Shown here piece by piece: positions 1 to 9,323 of a DNA stretch of 64,000 nucleotides (position 1 is its first letter; every line of letters starts with the position of its first letter). The notes beneath the pieces are model-generated. The model was not told where the DNA came from and searched no databases. It saw only the letters and a program-made list of their open reading frames with translations. The DNA is from Candidatus Latescibacterota bacterium. Its GTDB lineage: Bacteria > Latescibacterota > CBDEFO01. The position numbers and the translations under genes are program-made. Where the stretch lies: assembly GCA_965237525.1 (NCBI GenBank), contig CBDEFO010000008.1, forward strand, positions 1,824,001-1,888,000, given 5' to 3'.

Positions 1-191
1 AACTTTTCTTTTATTTTGTCCCCACGATAACCGACAACTATCAAAAATTCGTGAATATCCGCTTGTTTTGCAGTTAATACTGTTCTTTCAATCAATGATA
101 AACCTAAGAGTTGGATTAGCGGTTTTGGTTTATCTGTAGTTAGATCGCCTAATCTACCACCGTCCCCAGCGGCTATTATCAACGCTTCCAT
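1..191 (-). CDS. NTP transferase / sugar-phosphate nucleotidyltransferase, N-terminal part (runs off window)
   Basis: Manual translation from ATG at 191: MEALIIAAGDGGRLGDLTTDKPKPLIQLLG..., the nucleotidyltransferase AAGxGxRL...PKPL signature. Confidence 0.85.
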   Translation of the reverse strand, partial: MEALIIAAGDGGRLGDLTTDKPKPLIQLLGLSLIERTVLTAKQADIHEFLIVVGYRGDKIKEK

Positions 192-379
192 ACTTGTCCT
201 CCTTCAAGCCTTTCAAAATATTCCTCTGATTCTTATAGGAAGATACGAAATGAGGTGTTTGATGTCAATAGAGACTGGGGGGAATAATCCGTTGGCCAAT
301 CTTTTTTTCTCCTCTCAACGACTACTCATTGTCCTCCCTGACTTCCCATGGAACACTCTCGACGGCGGTTCTCTGAACT

Positions 380-685
380 CTACAGAGGGTATCCTTGCAG
401 AGTATAGGGCACTACCCAATCCTCTTCAATCTCCAGGCCGAAATCTCCAGGCCGAATCCCGGTCCGTCAGTTGGGACGATATAGCTGTCTAATGGACTCC
501 GGTAAAACTCTCTTCCCAATCCCCACATCTGGTCTTCGACCGTCACCTTCACCCAGACATCTCCGAACTTGGACGTCCAGCTTCGTTGGCGTCTCTTGCA
601 CGTGGGATACCTCGACAGGGGAGTTGGGACCTCGGAGTCTTCCGCTCAGAACGTACACCTCAGCTATCTCATTGGTCCTTCTCAT
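380..685 (-). pseudogene. Internally deleted remnant of an enolase-superfamily (rhamnonate dehydratase/mandelate racemase-like) gene
   Basis: N-terminal-like PLSRYP..RSWTSKFGDVWVKVTVEDQMWGLG is joined directly to C-terminal-like YIVPTDGPGFGLEIEEDW; a 14-bp tandem duplication at 429-456 shifts the frame. Confidence 0.55.
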
Positions 686-693
686 GGAGAGCC

Positions 694-1614
694 TTAACGT
701 TCACTGTCTCTATCTTCTTGATCTTCCTTATTCTCTCCTTGCCTTGTTAATGTCTGGATGAACCTCTCAGCCGGAACAGTAAGGACTTTTCCCCTTTTAT
801 GGATGATTCCAAGCGGTCGCTTGAACCTCTTATCTTTGAAATCTATCGCCTTGAGCGTACCGTGCTGGATCTCCTTCTCCACCGTTACCGATGGGACAAT
901 GGACACTCCTGAGTCAGCTTCAACGGCATGCTTTAGCGTCTCCACATTATCGATCTCCATGGTAATCTCAACTTGAACCTTATGGTCTTTCAGGATCTTG
1001 TCCACCACCCTCCTTGTGGGAGTGTCCTTCTCGAACGCCACGAATCTCTGTCCCTGCAACATCTCCACGTCTAACTTATCAAATCTTGATAGAGCATGGT
1101 CGGGATTGGATATGACCACTAACTCATCCTCCTTAAAAGGAATTATCTCGATCCCGCCTTTTCTGACCGGATAGACTACTATCCCCAAATCGATCTTGTT
1201 ATTTATCACGTTTTCGTATATCTGATCTGCCCGGTCGTAATCCAGGATCACGTCTACCTGAGGATACCTCCTGAAAAATGTCTTCAGATACGATGAAAGC
1301 TCGTGTATCCCAACGCTGTATATAGCCTCCATCTTTATTGTCCCTGTAACCACGCCCGATAGCTCTTGAAGCGCAGCTTCCAGCTCATCGTATCTTTGAA
1401 CTATATCCTTACACCCCTTATAGAAAATCTCCCCCGCAGGAGTCAAATTCAGACCGCGTTTTCCTCTCTCCACAAGCTTATGACCGAACGCCTCCTCAGC
1501 CTTCTTTAACTGCTGACTTACAGCCGACTGGGAGATGAAATTGCTGCTTGCGGCCCTGGAAAAGCTTCCGCTCTCGACCAGATCGCAGAAGATCTTCAGA
1601 CTCTCTATAAGCAT
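694..1614 (-). CDS. LysR family transcriptional regulator
   Basis: N-terminal HTH SFSRAA..FISQSAVSQQLKK.E..G..L.ER, LTPAG linker, 306 aa. Confidence 0.95.
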   Translation of the reverse strand: MLIESLKIFCDLVESGSFSRAASSNFISQSAVSQQLKKAEEAFGHKLVERGKRGLNLTPAGEIFYKGCKDIVQRYDELEAALQELSGVVTGTIKMEAIYSVGIHELSSYLKTFFRRYPQVDVILDYDRADQIYENVINNKIDLGIVVYPVRKGGIEIIPFKEDELVVISNPDHALSRFDKLDVEMLQGQRFVAFEKDTPTRRVVDKILKDHKVQVEITMEIDNVETLKHAVEADSGVSIVPSVTVEKEIQHGTLKAIDFKDKRFKRPLGIIHKRGKVLTVPAERFIQTLTRQGENKEDQEDRDSER

Positions 1615-1833
1615 CGTTAAGCACCTATTTCTAAGCGTATTTAAAGCGCGCTATAGCTCTACATTTGGGCTAATAGTGTCAGACTCTAAGGGATCGCCTA
1701 ATATTAGTTTACTTAATAATAAGTATTAAATCAATTAATTTGACTTATAATACCAATTATGATAACTTTATTTATAAGCAATACAGAGAGCGGACACTTC
1801 AAACCTTAAATAATATAGAAGAGGTGAAAAACT

Positions 1834-1929
1834 GTGAAATCACACATGCTGATAGAGCATATAAGCCTGGTTGCACTTATATCAGCGTTTGCGCTGTATG
1901 CCTTCCACAGCGTTGCTGTCTTGTTCTAG
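1834..1929 (+). CDS. 31-aa hydrophobic small protein, copy 1 (MKSHMLIEHISLVALISAFALYAFHSVAVLF)
   Basis: GAGGTG RBS, GTG start, TAG stop, followed by a terminator; two paralogs of identical length downstream. Confidence 0.55.
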   Translation: MKSHMLIEHISLVALISAFALYAFHSVAVLF

Positions 1930-1963
1930 TGCATAAGGCTTCAACGCCAATCTTACAGAAGGT

Positions 1964-2002
1964 GGGAAGCTCCGGCCCTTGGGTCGGAGCTTTTCCATTT
2001 TC
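1964..2002 (+). terminator. Intrinsic terminator after small ORF 1
   Basis: AAGCTCCGGCC/GGTCGGAGCTT stem followed by TTCCATTTTC. Confidence 0.65.
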
Positions 2003-2011
2003 TCTCCCACA

Positions 2012-2218
2012 CCTTCCGTAGAGTATCCTCCTGCTGGTTTCAAGTTCAGAACGTTTTTCCTCTCTACACAGCGTAATACCGAACGCCTTCTGTATATTCT
2101 TTATCTGCTGACTGACAGCCGACTGGGAGACGATATTGCTGGTTGGCGCCCTGGAAAAGCTTCCGCTCTCGACCAGATCGCAGAAGATCGTCAGACTCTC
2201 TATAAGCATCATAAGCAT
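2012..2218 (-). pseudogene. Duplicated, decayed 5' fragment of the neighbouring LysR gene
   Basis: MLIESLTIFCDLVESGSFSRAPTSNIVSQSAVSQQ is near-identical to the start of 694..1614, then the frame and homology are lost. Confidence 0.85.
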
Positions 2219-2541
2219 CTTTAGGTGCTAATTCCAATATGAAATGTACAGTGCCGCCATATTTTCATAATGAAATGTTTCTATTGCATTGCGCATCTAC
2301 AAGCGCGGTATGACTCGATATTCAGGTGATTACCATAAGTAAACTAAAGGGATGTAACTCTATGTTATTAAACTATTTGCTCTGACGAGATATAAGGAAT
2401 AGAATATGACCTTTTACGATTAGAGGCTGCTGTTCAACCGTCGGCACAAATGTTGCTCAACATAGCTATTACACGGTACAAAAAAGACGGTACAAAACAC
2501 AGACAATTCAAACTTTAAATCATTAAGGGAGGTGAAAGACA

Positions 2542-2637
2542 GTGAAATTACTAATGCTGATAGAAGGTATAAGTCTGATTGTGGCAATAGCAGCGTTTGA
2601 GATGTATGCCTACGACAGCATCTCTGCCCTGTTCTAA
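2542..2637 (+). CDS. 31-aa hydrophobic small protein, copy 2 (MKLLMLIEGISLIVAIAAFEMYAYDSISALF)
   Basis: GGGAGGTG RBS, GTG start, TAA stop, colinear with copies 1 and 3. Confidence 0.55.
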   Translation: MKLLMLIEGISLIVAIAAFEMYAYDSISALF

Positions 2638-2727
2638 CCCATCAGGGTTGTAGATTGCTCTAATATTATTGAGCTGCACGAAGCACAGACAATTCAACTT
2701 TAAATCATAGAAAGGGGGTGAAAAACT

Positions 2728-2823
2728 GTGAAATCACAGATGCTGATAGAGCATACAAGCCTGGTTGCACTTATATCAGCGTTTGAGATGTATGCCTACA
2801 ACAGCGTCGCTGCCTTGTTCTAA
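2728..2823 (+). CDS. 31-aa hydrophobic small protein, copy 3 (MKSQMLIEHTSLVALISAFEMYAYNSVAALF)
   Basis: GGGGGTG RBS, GTG start, TAA stop, followed by the same terminator as copy 1. Confidence 0.55.
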   Translation: MKSQMLIEHTSLVALISAFEMYAYNSVAALF

Positions 2824-2860
2824 TGCATAAGGCTTCAACTCCAATCTTACAGAAGGTGGT

Positions 2861-2896
2861 AAGCTGCGGCCCTTGGGTCGGAGCTTTTCCATTTTC
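2861..2896 (+). terminator. Intrinsic terminator after small ORF 3
   Basis: Near-copy of the 1964-2002 hairpin with one stem mismatch. Confidence 0.55.
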
Positions 2897-2906
2897 TCTC
2901 CCACAT

Positions 2907-3062
2907 CTTCCGTAGCGTATCCTCCTGCTGGTTTCAAGTTCAGACCGTTTTTCCCCTCTCCACAAGCTTATGGCCTAACGCCTTCTGTATATTCTTTCTC
3001 TGCTGACTGACAGCCGACTTGGAGACAGAATTGCAGCTTGCTGGCGCGAAGCACTTCCGCTC
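2907..3062 (-). pseudogene. Second decayed LysR 5' fragment
   Basis: DNA similarity to about 1416-1575 (ctgactgacagccgact, ccacaagcttat, cttccgctct). Confidence 0.7.
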
Positions 3063-3343
3063 TTGTAGGTTCATGCTTCCGAGGGATGATTGTAGACGCT
3101 TCTTGTTGTAGTCCTCAATCCATTGGGATATGATATGATCTGTTCGAAGGACTCCAAACGGTTAGACCAAACACACTTTTTATTCAGGTTCCAGAAAAAA
3201 CGTTTCCCGTTGCCCACTCATACGCCTGCGACTGGCCGATGCCATTTTCCCGATACATCCGCTCTTTCCAAAAGAGTCAACACGACCTGTGCCTTTCTAA
3301 ATGCTGTCCAACTCTAACTATCTTTCGCTACAGGGATTGACAT
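3062..3343 (-). mobile_element. Collapsed IS3-family remnant (orfA start joined to integrase C-terminus)
   Basis: GGAGG RBS, ATG 3343, WTAFRKAQVVL..RENGIGQSQAYEW (HTH), then RFFWNLNKKCVWSNRLESFEQ and QWIEDYNKKRLQSSLG (integrase core end); stops and frameshifts present. Confidence 0.65.
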
Positions 3344-3463
3344 CTTTTTGACCTCCTTTCCCCGATAACCTCACTCGGGGACAAGCCTCAAACCCCAATT
3401 TGCATAATATCTGTGGATTTGTCAAGAGCAACAGTGTGACACATGCTTTGCTTCTATATTATC

Positions 3464-3492
3464 TTGACATTCAAAACTATCAGTTGTATTTT
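3464..3492 (+). promoter_or_regulatory. Putative sigma70 promoter
   Basis: TTGACA-17bp-TATTTT upstream of the UbiA-family gene. Confidence 0.45.
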
Positions 3493-3546
3493 GGTTATGC
3501 GCCACAGAATATGCACTACTCTTATGCTTCCGGGGAAAGGTCGCCT

Positions 3547-4386
3547 TTGAGAACACTTATCGCGCTCATACAACTTACAAGACCCTTAAACTGTCTGATC
3601 TGTTTTTTCTCCGTGATCGTAGGCGCAGCAGCGTCGGGGACTATAGCTTCGCCTCTTAAAGCTATCGTTGCCGCCTTTTCTGCAACTCTTATCGCCGCGG
3701 CTGGCAATGGCTTTAACGACCTTTCTGACGTGGAAGCCGACAGGATAGATAAACCCCACCGTCCTATACCGTCCGAGGTAGTAACAAAGCGCACCGCTTC
3801 TATTCAATCTACGCTGCTCTTCATCGGCGGTATGCTCCTGTCGTTCCTTATAAATAAAGGGGCAGTTGTCGTAGTTTTTGCAACAACTCTTCTTCTGATT
3901 CAATATAGCATTAGATTAAAATCTATTCCGCTGGTGGGTAATTTTACGGTCAGTTGCGTTGCAGCTTTAGCCTTTGTCTACGGGGGACTTTCTACAGGAA
4001 GCATATACGCATCCTTTATACCCGCACTATTTGCCATCCTTTTCCACCTTGGACGGGAGATCATCAAAGACGTAGAAGACATCCAGGGGGACATGCACTC
4101 CAATTATTCCACTTTCCCCGTTATCAAAGGCAAAAAAGCGGCGTTTGCAGCCGCTACCGCCGTCTACACTATGCTTATGCTTCTGACTCTTGTGCCCTAC
4201 CCGCTTCGCATCTACGGTTCGGCCTATCTAGTCATCGTGGTTGTGGGGGTGCATCCTGTGCTCATATATGTTATCAGATCTATGTGGAAGGATGATTCCT
4301 CCGCCAACCTCAAAAGACTCAGCACTATCCTCAAAGCTGATATGGTCGTCGGTCTTGTTGCTGTCCTTGTTGGAGCTAACGTCTGA
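3547..4386 (+). CDS. UbiA-family prenyltransferase, DGGGP synthase-like
   Basis: LTRPLN, NDLSDVEADRIDKPHRPIPS, GREIIKDVEDIQGD motifs; multiple TM helices; TTG start after GGGGAAAGG. Confidence 0.85.
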   Translation: MRTLIALIQLTRPLNCLICFFSVIVGAAASGTIASPLKAIVAAFSATLIAAAGNGFNDLSDVEADRIDKPHRPIPSEVVTKRTASIQSTLLFIGGMLLSFLINKGAVVVVFATTLLLIQYSIRLKSIPLVGNFTVSCVAALAFVYGGLSTGSIYASFIPALFAILFHLGREIIKDVEDIQGDMHSNYSTFPVIKGKKAAFAAATAVYTMLMLLTLVPYPLRIYGSAYLVIVVVGVHPVLIYVIRSMWKDDSSANLKRLSTILKADMVVGLVAVLVGANV

Positions 4387-4388
4387 AG

Positions 4389-5219
4389 TTGGAGAGCCAG
4401 TTGGAGAAGGTCTCTGGATTCTGGATAGGTCTCATACTTGCTGCTTTAGTAGCCACTCTTTCATACAGAGTCCGATTTCTGACTGTCAGTGGCTCAGTCG
4501 GAGCGCTTGTTTTAGGAACTGTTATCTTCGGATTGGGAGGACTGCCATGGGTTTTTGCTCTTCTTGTCTTTTTCTTGGCATCAAGTCTCCTATCCAAACT
4601 CGGCGCAAAGAGGAAAAAGGATTTCAGGGCTGTCTTTGAAAAGGCATCGACTAGGGATCTTGCCCAGGTTCTGGCCAACGGAGGCGTCCCCGGGGCTATA
4701 GTGCTAGCGAACGCTCTTTTGCCATCTCCGATCTGGTGTACAGCATATTTAGGGGCCCTTGGCACTGCCACAGCAGACACGTGGGGGACAGAGATAGGCA
4801 TCCTCTCGGTCTCCCGCCCTCGTCTTATAACTGACCTCAAAACAGTTGATCCCGGAACATCGGGAGCCGTTTCTTTTATTGGACTTACAGGGTCCGTTCT
4901 CGGTTCTCTCCTTATCGCCTCTACGGGATTGGCCTTTTACCCCTATTTGAATGTCCTGAACTTGACAGCTATCTGGCTTGCTGGAATTGCAGGGGCCCTC
5001 GCAGACAGTCTGTTGGGAGCGACTCTACAGCGGGAATATACATGCCCCAAATGTCTCCAACAGACAGAGCGCCCTTTTCACTGTGAAGAAACGTCCTGTC
5101 GTTTAACTTCTGGGATAAGCTGGCTTGGAAATGATGCTGTCAATGCCCTATCGTCCCTCTATGGAGCCATCTTTGCCTTGATAGTAGATAGGCTATTAGA
5201 CCTGTTTATTTGCCTCTAA
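4389..5219 (+). CDS. DUF92 (TMEM19-like) membrane protein with C-terminal Cys/His knuckle
   Basis: RDLAQVLANGG, ADTWGTEIG, GTSGAVS, DSLLGATLQ, NDAVN motifs; CPKC..HC..C. Confidence 0.9.
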   Translation: MESQLEKVSGFWIGLILAALVATLSYRVRFLTVSGSVGALVLGTVIFGLGGLPWVFALLVFFLASSLLSKLGAKRKKDFRAVFEKASTRDLAQVLANGGVPGAIVLANALLPSPIWCTAYLGALGTATADTWGTEIGILSVSRPRLITDLKTVDPGTSGAVSFIGLTGSVLGSLLIASTGLAFYPYLNVLNLTAIWLAGIAGALADSLLGATLQREYTCPKCLQQTERPFHCEETSCRLTSGISWLGNDAVNALSSLYGAIFALIVDRLLDLFICL

Positions 5220-5245
5220 AAGTTTGCGAAGACATATCTTTTTAC

Positions 5246-5274
5246 TTGACATAAGTTTCATATTGTATTATGAT
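5246..5274 (+). promoter_or_regulatory. sigma70 promoter for HU/IHF gene
   Basis: TTGACA-17bp-TATGAT. Confidence 0.65.
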
Positions 5275-5394
5275 TATGGAAGCACTGAATAGAGGTTGAA
5301 ATTAGGGGTACTGAAGCAGTAGGGATGAAAAATTGAGCAGGTGATAGGAATGTCCGAAAAGTAATGGAGAGGATTAAAAAGAAAGGAACCGCTT

Positions 5395-5688
5395 GTGACA
5401 ACGACTAAGAAGGATCTCGCTATAAGAGTCAGCAAGGATACAGGTTGTAAGAAGAGTTTAGCTGCCGATATGGTCCAGAGCTTATTCGATGCAATGAGAG
5501 AAAGCCTTGAAAAAGGAGATAGAATAGAGATCAGAGGCTTCGGAGTCTTTCAGGTTAAGAACACCAGACCCAAGCCTGCTGCAAGGAATCCAAGAACAGG
5601 AGAAAGGATCCGCGTTCCCGCACGTCGCAAGACCCACTTTAAACCCGGCAAGCTTCTCAAAGACACACTCCACCAGTCGATAGAGTAG
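5395..5688 (+). CDS. HU/IHF family DNA-binding protein
   Basis: IEIRGFGVF...ARNPRTGE...FKPGK. Confidence 0.95.
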   Translation: MTTTKKDLAIRVSKDTGCKKSLAADMVQSLFDAMRESLEKGDRIEIRGFGVFQVKNTRPKPAARNPRTGERIRVPARRKTHFKPGKLLKDTLHQSIE

Positions 5689-5851
5689 CGGAGAGTCAAT
5701 GTGTTTTTTCCCCAGAAAAGGTTCTTCCCCGATAGAATCAATCGGGGATGGCGAGCGCGCCTTCGATCTTTTGGGGTCTCCTTCTCTCCAAAGGAATCTC
5801 TCCATGCACAGTAGGGTGTAATCGCCAGACTCGCTTGAGAGGGAACTGACA

Positions 5852-6277
5852 GTGGACGACCCTGCTGTAATATTACCGCTTTTGGTATTCAGCTTGTTTA
5901 TTTTGATGGTCTTCGGATTTCACACGCTTATAAGTGAATATGTCGAGTGGGCAATTGGAGGTGTCCTGCTTGCTATATTGGCATCCGAAGCGTGGCGTAT
6001 CTTCAAGGACAGGCAGTTAAACAAATTGAAAAGTAAAGCAGAGATAGCTGCAGAAAAGAGCGAGTATAATCGGCTTATGGAGGAGTCCTAAACCTATCTG
6101 GATAAAGGACGAATAGACGAAGCCCGTGATCTTTGCAACAGAGCCGCCCTACTGACAGAGGACGAATCTATAATTGCAAAAAGATATGAGGAGACGGGAG
6201 ATGTGCTTATGCTGTTAGGAGAGTTTGGGAAAGCCAAAGAATGTTTTCAAAAGGGCATTCGTCTTCTCGACGGATAA
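5852..6277 (+). pseudogene. Membrane protein with TPR-like C-terminus, interrupted by in-frame TAA
   Basis: After TAA at 6089-6091 the frame continues TYLDKGRIDEARDLCNRAALL...GDVLMLLGEFGKAKECFQKGIRLLDG to TAA 6277. Confidence 0.6.
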
Positions 6278-6549
6278 AATTAAGGTGGAGTAGTACGGCA
6301 TGGAGAGCGCTAGTACTCGCGTGGAGAAATCCACACCAATACCGGCAAGTCCTTCTTTACTATCCTCAAGCGGGGAGTAGATGGCACCTTCTATCATGTC
6401 TCTAAGTAACCCGTTCACCGTCATACGGACGACTTCGCGTTCCGGCGGTCTCGCAGAAAGCTGACCGACGGCAAGCGTGCGGTGGAAATCATCCTATGCG
6501 CTGGCGAGAAGCGGCTGGGTAACCGAGAGCCAAAGCTCGGAAACTGTGC

Positions 6550-7425
6550 ATGAACAAGTACGTTCTCTACAACGTTGACGCCTTCGAGTGGTTGTCCGAA
6601 CAGCCGGTAGATTCCATACATGCTGTAGTCACTGATCCTCCTTACGGGCTTGTTGAGTACCGCGACCAAGAGTTGGAGAAAATGAAGCGTGGGCGGGGCG
6701 GCGTGTGGCGTATACCTCCTGCGTTTGATGGCGCGAAGCGAAGGCCATTACCCCGTTTCACCGTCCTGAGCGATAGGGATAAGGATAACCTCAACGGGTT
6801 TTTCTACCGCTTTGCCAAGCTCTTGCTGCCTATCTTGGTTCCTGGGGCTCACGTCTTTGTAGCGACGAACCCGCTTGTGTCCCACCTGGTCTATACACCG
6901 TTTGTTGAGAGGGGATTTGAGCCACGCGGCGAGGTAATCCGACTTGTTCAACGATTGAGGGGTGGCGACCGTCCAAAAAACGCACACAAGGAGTTCCCGG
7001 ACGTGACGGTGCTGCCGAAATCGTGTTGGGAGCCGTGGGGTCTCTTCCGTAAGCCGTGTGAGGGTCGCGTGCAGGACAATCTCCGCAAGTGGAGGACGGG
7101 GGGGCTGAGACGCATTTCGGATAAGGAACCATTCAAAGACTTGATACGGTCGTCCCCCACTAGACGGGATGAGTTCGGCTTGGCTTCTCACCCGTCGCTC
7201 AAGCCGCAACATTTCTTGCGCAAGATCGTAAGGGCGGCGCTCCCGTTCGGAGAGGGGGTCATTCTTGACCCCTTCATGGGATCGGGATCAACCATAGCTG
7301 CCGCAGAGACGCTCGGTCTACGCAGCATTGGCCTTGAGATCAGACGCGAATACTTCCAGATGGCTCTTGAGGCTATACCTAAGCTCGCAGCTTTCAAGGT
7401 GCAGGATCGGGAGAGCAATGGCTAG
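6550..7425 (+). CDS. Site-specific DNA methyltransferase (N6-A/N4-C, beta-class motif order)
   Basis: VVTDPPY (motif IV) precedes HPSLKP and LDPFMGSGST (motif I). Confidence 0.92.
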   Translation: MNKYVLYNVDAFEWLSEQPVDSIHAVVTDPPYGLVEYRDQELEKMKRGRGGVWRIPPAFDGAKRRPLPRFTVLSDRDKDNLNGFFYRFAKLLLPILVPGAHVFVATNPLVSHLVYTPFVERGFEPRGEVIRLVQRLRGGDRPKNAHKEFPDVTVLPKSCWEPWGLFRKPCEGRVQDNLRKWRTGGLRRISDKEPFKDLIRSSPTRRDEFGLASHPSLKPQHFLRKIVRAALPFGEGVILDPFMGSGSTIAAAETLGLRSIGLEIRREYFQMALEAIPKLAAFKVQDRESNG

Positions 7426-8023
7426 GCTTCAGGACTTCGATTCTGCCGTTCCGCTGCCGCCCGGTCTTGCAGTACGCGCCATCCGCTCGTCCATCGAGTA
7501 TATCGAGCGGGATTTGGATGATCTCCTTGATGTCTACTTTGAGCAAATGAACGTTTTTAGTGCCCTCGTGGGGATGTATGGCACCCGCGCCCTTGACCAG
7601 CACAGTGTCTACGAGAAGGTAAGACACACCGATATTGCTCAGACGCGCTTTCCCGACCTGAGGCGACGGGGAAGCGGTCAGCACCCACCCCCGAATGAGT
7701 GCCTCGAATCCAAAGCGAGCAAGAGGGTATGGGCGCTCCAATCGCATTACGACCATGAAGGATGGTATATCGTCTGGCGTTACATGGTTGATACGACCGC
7801 TTCGATTGAGCCTGACAAGCATGTTCTTATCTGGCGTGTGGATGTGGTGTACTTGCAGAGCAACGACTGGAAGTACGAGGGGAGCAAGGCCGGTGCCGAA
7901 GGAGGTGGCCGGACTCATACGTTCGGCTTGTGGAAACCGGCCACGAAGCTAAGGGGATGTAGTGTTTACAGGCGGTCGGATATCGCCATCTCAGGAGGTA
8001 AGCCGGTTCCGATCAATGGGTGA
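7418..8023 (+). CDS. Putative type II restriction endonuclease (PD-(D/E)xK)
   Basis: Overlaps the end of the MTase gene; FPDL...CLESKAS catalytic-like motif; 201 aa. Confidence 0.6.
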   Translation: MARLQDFDSAVPLPPGLAVRAIRSSIEYIERDLDDLLDVYFEQMNVFSALVGMYGTRALDQHSVYEKVRHTDIAQTRFPDLRRRGSGQHPPPNECLESKASKRVWALQSHYDHEGWYIVWRYMVDTTASIEPDKHVLIWRVDVVYLQSNDWKYEGSKAGAEGGGRTHTFGLWKPATKLRGCSVYRRSDIAISGGKPVPING

Positions 8024-8336
8024 ACGAGCAGGAACCGGGATGCCAGCCAAGAAACCTGGCCCCAAACCGCTAACGCTCTCCTTATACCCTCTCCCCCCGA
8101 TGAGGCGCTGTCCGCGTTCATGGAGGTGGACCCGGGGAGAAGGTGAAGGCGAAAGAGAAGAGGTAGAAGGCCACAAGGCAGTAGACAAAATGTGGGTACT
8201 AACCGCCGTGGACGCTTTGTCAGGGAGTGGAGGCAGCAGCGCACGAAGTGCCGCCCCCTACTCCCTTTTTATTGACGAACAGGAGTCAACTGCTTAGATT
8301 TGCATCGGAGCAAGCTTTGGACAGACTGGAGGAAAT

Positions 8337-9179
8337 ATGCTATTAGGAGCACACACATCGGCTCAAGGAGGATTGGATAAGGCTGTTTTAGTGGCCGAGG
8401 AGATAGGCTGTAACACGGTTCAGATATTTACCAAAAACCCAAACCAGTGGAGGGGTTTCGAGCTTACAGATGAGATCACGGATGTGTTTAAGAAGGTCTG
8501 CAGGGATACGGGGATATATCCTGTAGTGGCTCACGATTCTTATCTGATTAACCTGGCTTCTCCACAAAAGATAACGTACGGAAGATCAATAGGGGCCTTC
8601 CACACGGAGATGAAAAGGGCGGAAGCCCTAGGCGTTTCATTTCTGGTGACTCATCCAGGGGCTCACAAAGATTCGGGAGAGAATGAGGGGATAAAGCGTC
8701 TGTCAGAGAGTATTAACAACGTGCACCACAAGACTCCTGGATTTCAACTTAAAATCCTGTTAGAGACTACGGCAGGTCAGGGGACGTATTTAGGACACAG
8801 ATTTGAGAACCTAACACAGATGATAGAGCTGATTGATGAAGACGAAAGAGTAGGCGTCTGTTTCGATACATGCCACGTGTTTGCGGCCGGATACGATATA
8901 AGAACAAGGGAGGGATATTACAAGACTTTGGAGGAGTTCGATAAGATTGTAGGATTTGATAGGCTTAAGGTAATTCACGCTAACGATTCCAAGAAGGAAT
9001 TGGGCAGCAGAGCGGACAGACACGAACATATAGGAGAGGGGCAGATAGGTCTGGAGGCGTTCAGGCTGTTGCTCAACGACGAAAGGTTCAAAGGAATACC
9101 GATGATAGTAGAGACTCCGGACTCTGAGACCATGCACAAGGTAAATCTGATGAGATTAAGGGACCTTATAGAGCCGTAG
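8337..9179 (+). CDS. nfo: Endonuclease IV
   Basis: LGAHTS, QIFTKNP, HDSYLINLAS, ETTAGQG, DTCHVFAAGYD, HANDSK, DRHEHIGEG. Confidence 0.97.
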   Translation: MLLGAHTSAQGGLDKAVLVAEEIGCNTVQIFTKNPNQWRGFELTDEITDVFKKVCRDTGIYPVVAHDSYLINLASPQKITYGRSIGAFHTEMKRAEALGVSFLVTHPGAHKDSGENEGIKRLSESINNVHHKTPGFQLKILLETTAGQGTYLGHRFENLTQMIELIDEDERVGVCFDTCHVFAAGYDIRTREGYYKTLEEFDKIVGFDRLKVIHANDSKKELGSRADRHEHIGEGQIGLEAFRLLLNDERFKGIPMIVETPDSETMHKVNLMRLRDLIEP

Positions 9180-9199
9180 AGTTCCGGCAAGAAAAATAC

Positions 9200-9228
9200 T
9201 TGACAAGTTTCGGGTTTGTCACTATACT
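9200..9228 (+). promoter_or_regulatory. sigma70 promoter overlapped by a TGACAA-N9-TTGTCA palindrome
   Basis: TTGACA-17bp-TATACT; inverted repeat at 9201-9221 may be an operator. Confidence 0.6.
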
Positions 9229-9323
9229 AATTCCACACAAGTAGATAGAAGTGGTAGATAAAGTGACACCTTGCGCAATTCCAGATATTATGGAGATAAG
9301 GGGATCATGAAGGCAAGGAGATC

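Larger units (their letters stand above)
6287..8207 (+). mobile_element. Decayed IS1595-family element carrying passenger genes
   Basis: 6287-6553 reads GEIHTNTGKSFFTILKRGVDGTFYHVSK*PVHRHTDDFAFR..LTDGKR..GEKRL (IS1595 transposase C-terminus with stops); candidate right end TGTGGGTACTAACCGCC at 8191-8207. Confidence 0.7.

Noticed and set aside
6215..6424. Minus-strand 69-aa ORF and the many other short antisense ORFs in the track
   Set aside because: They are shadows of better-supported genes on the opposite strand, here the IS1595 transposase relic.
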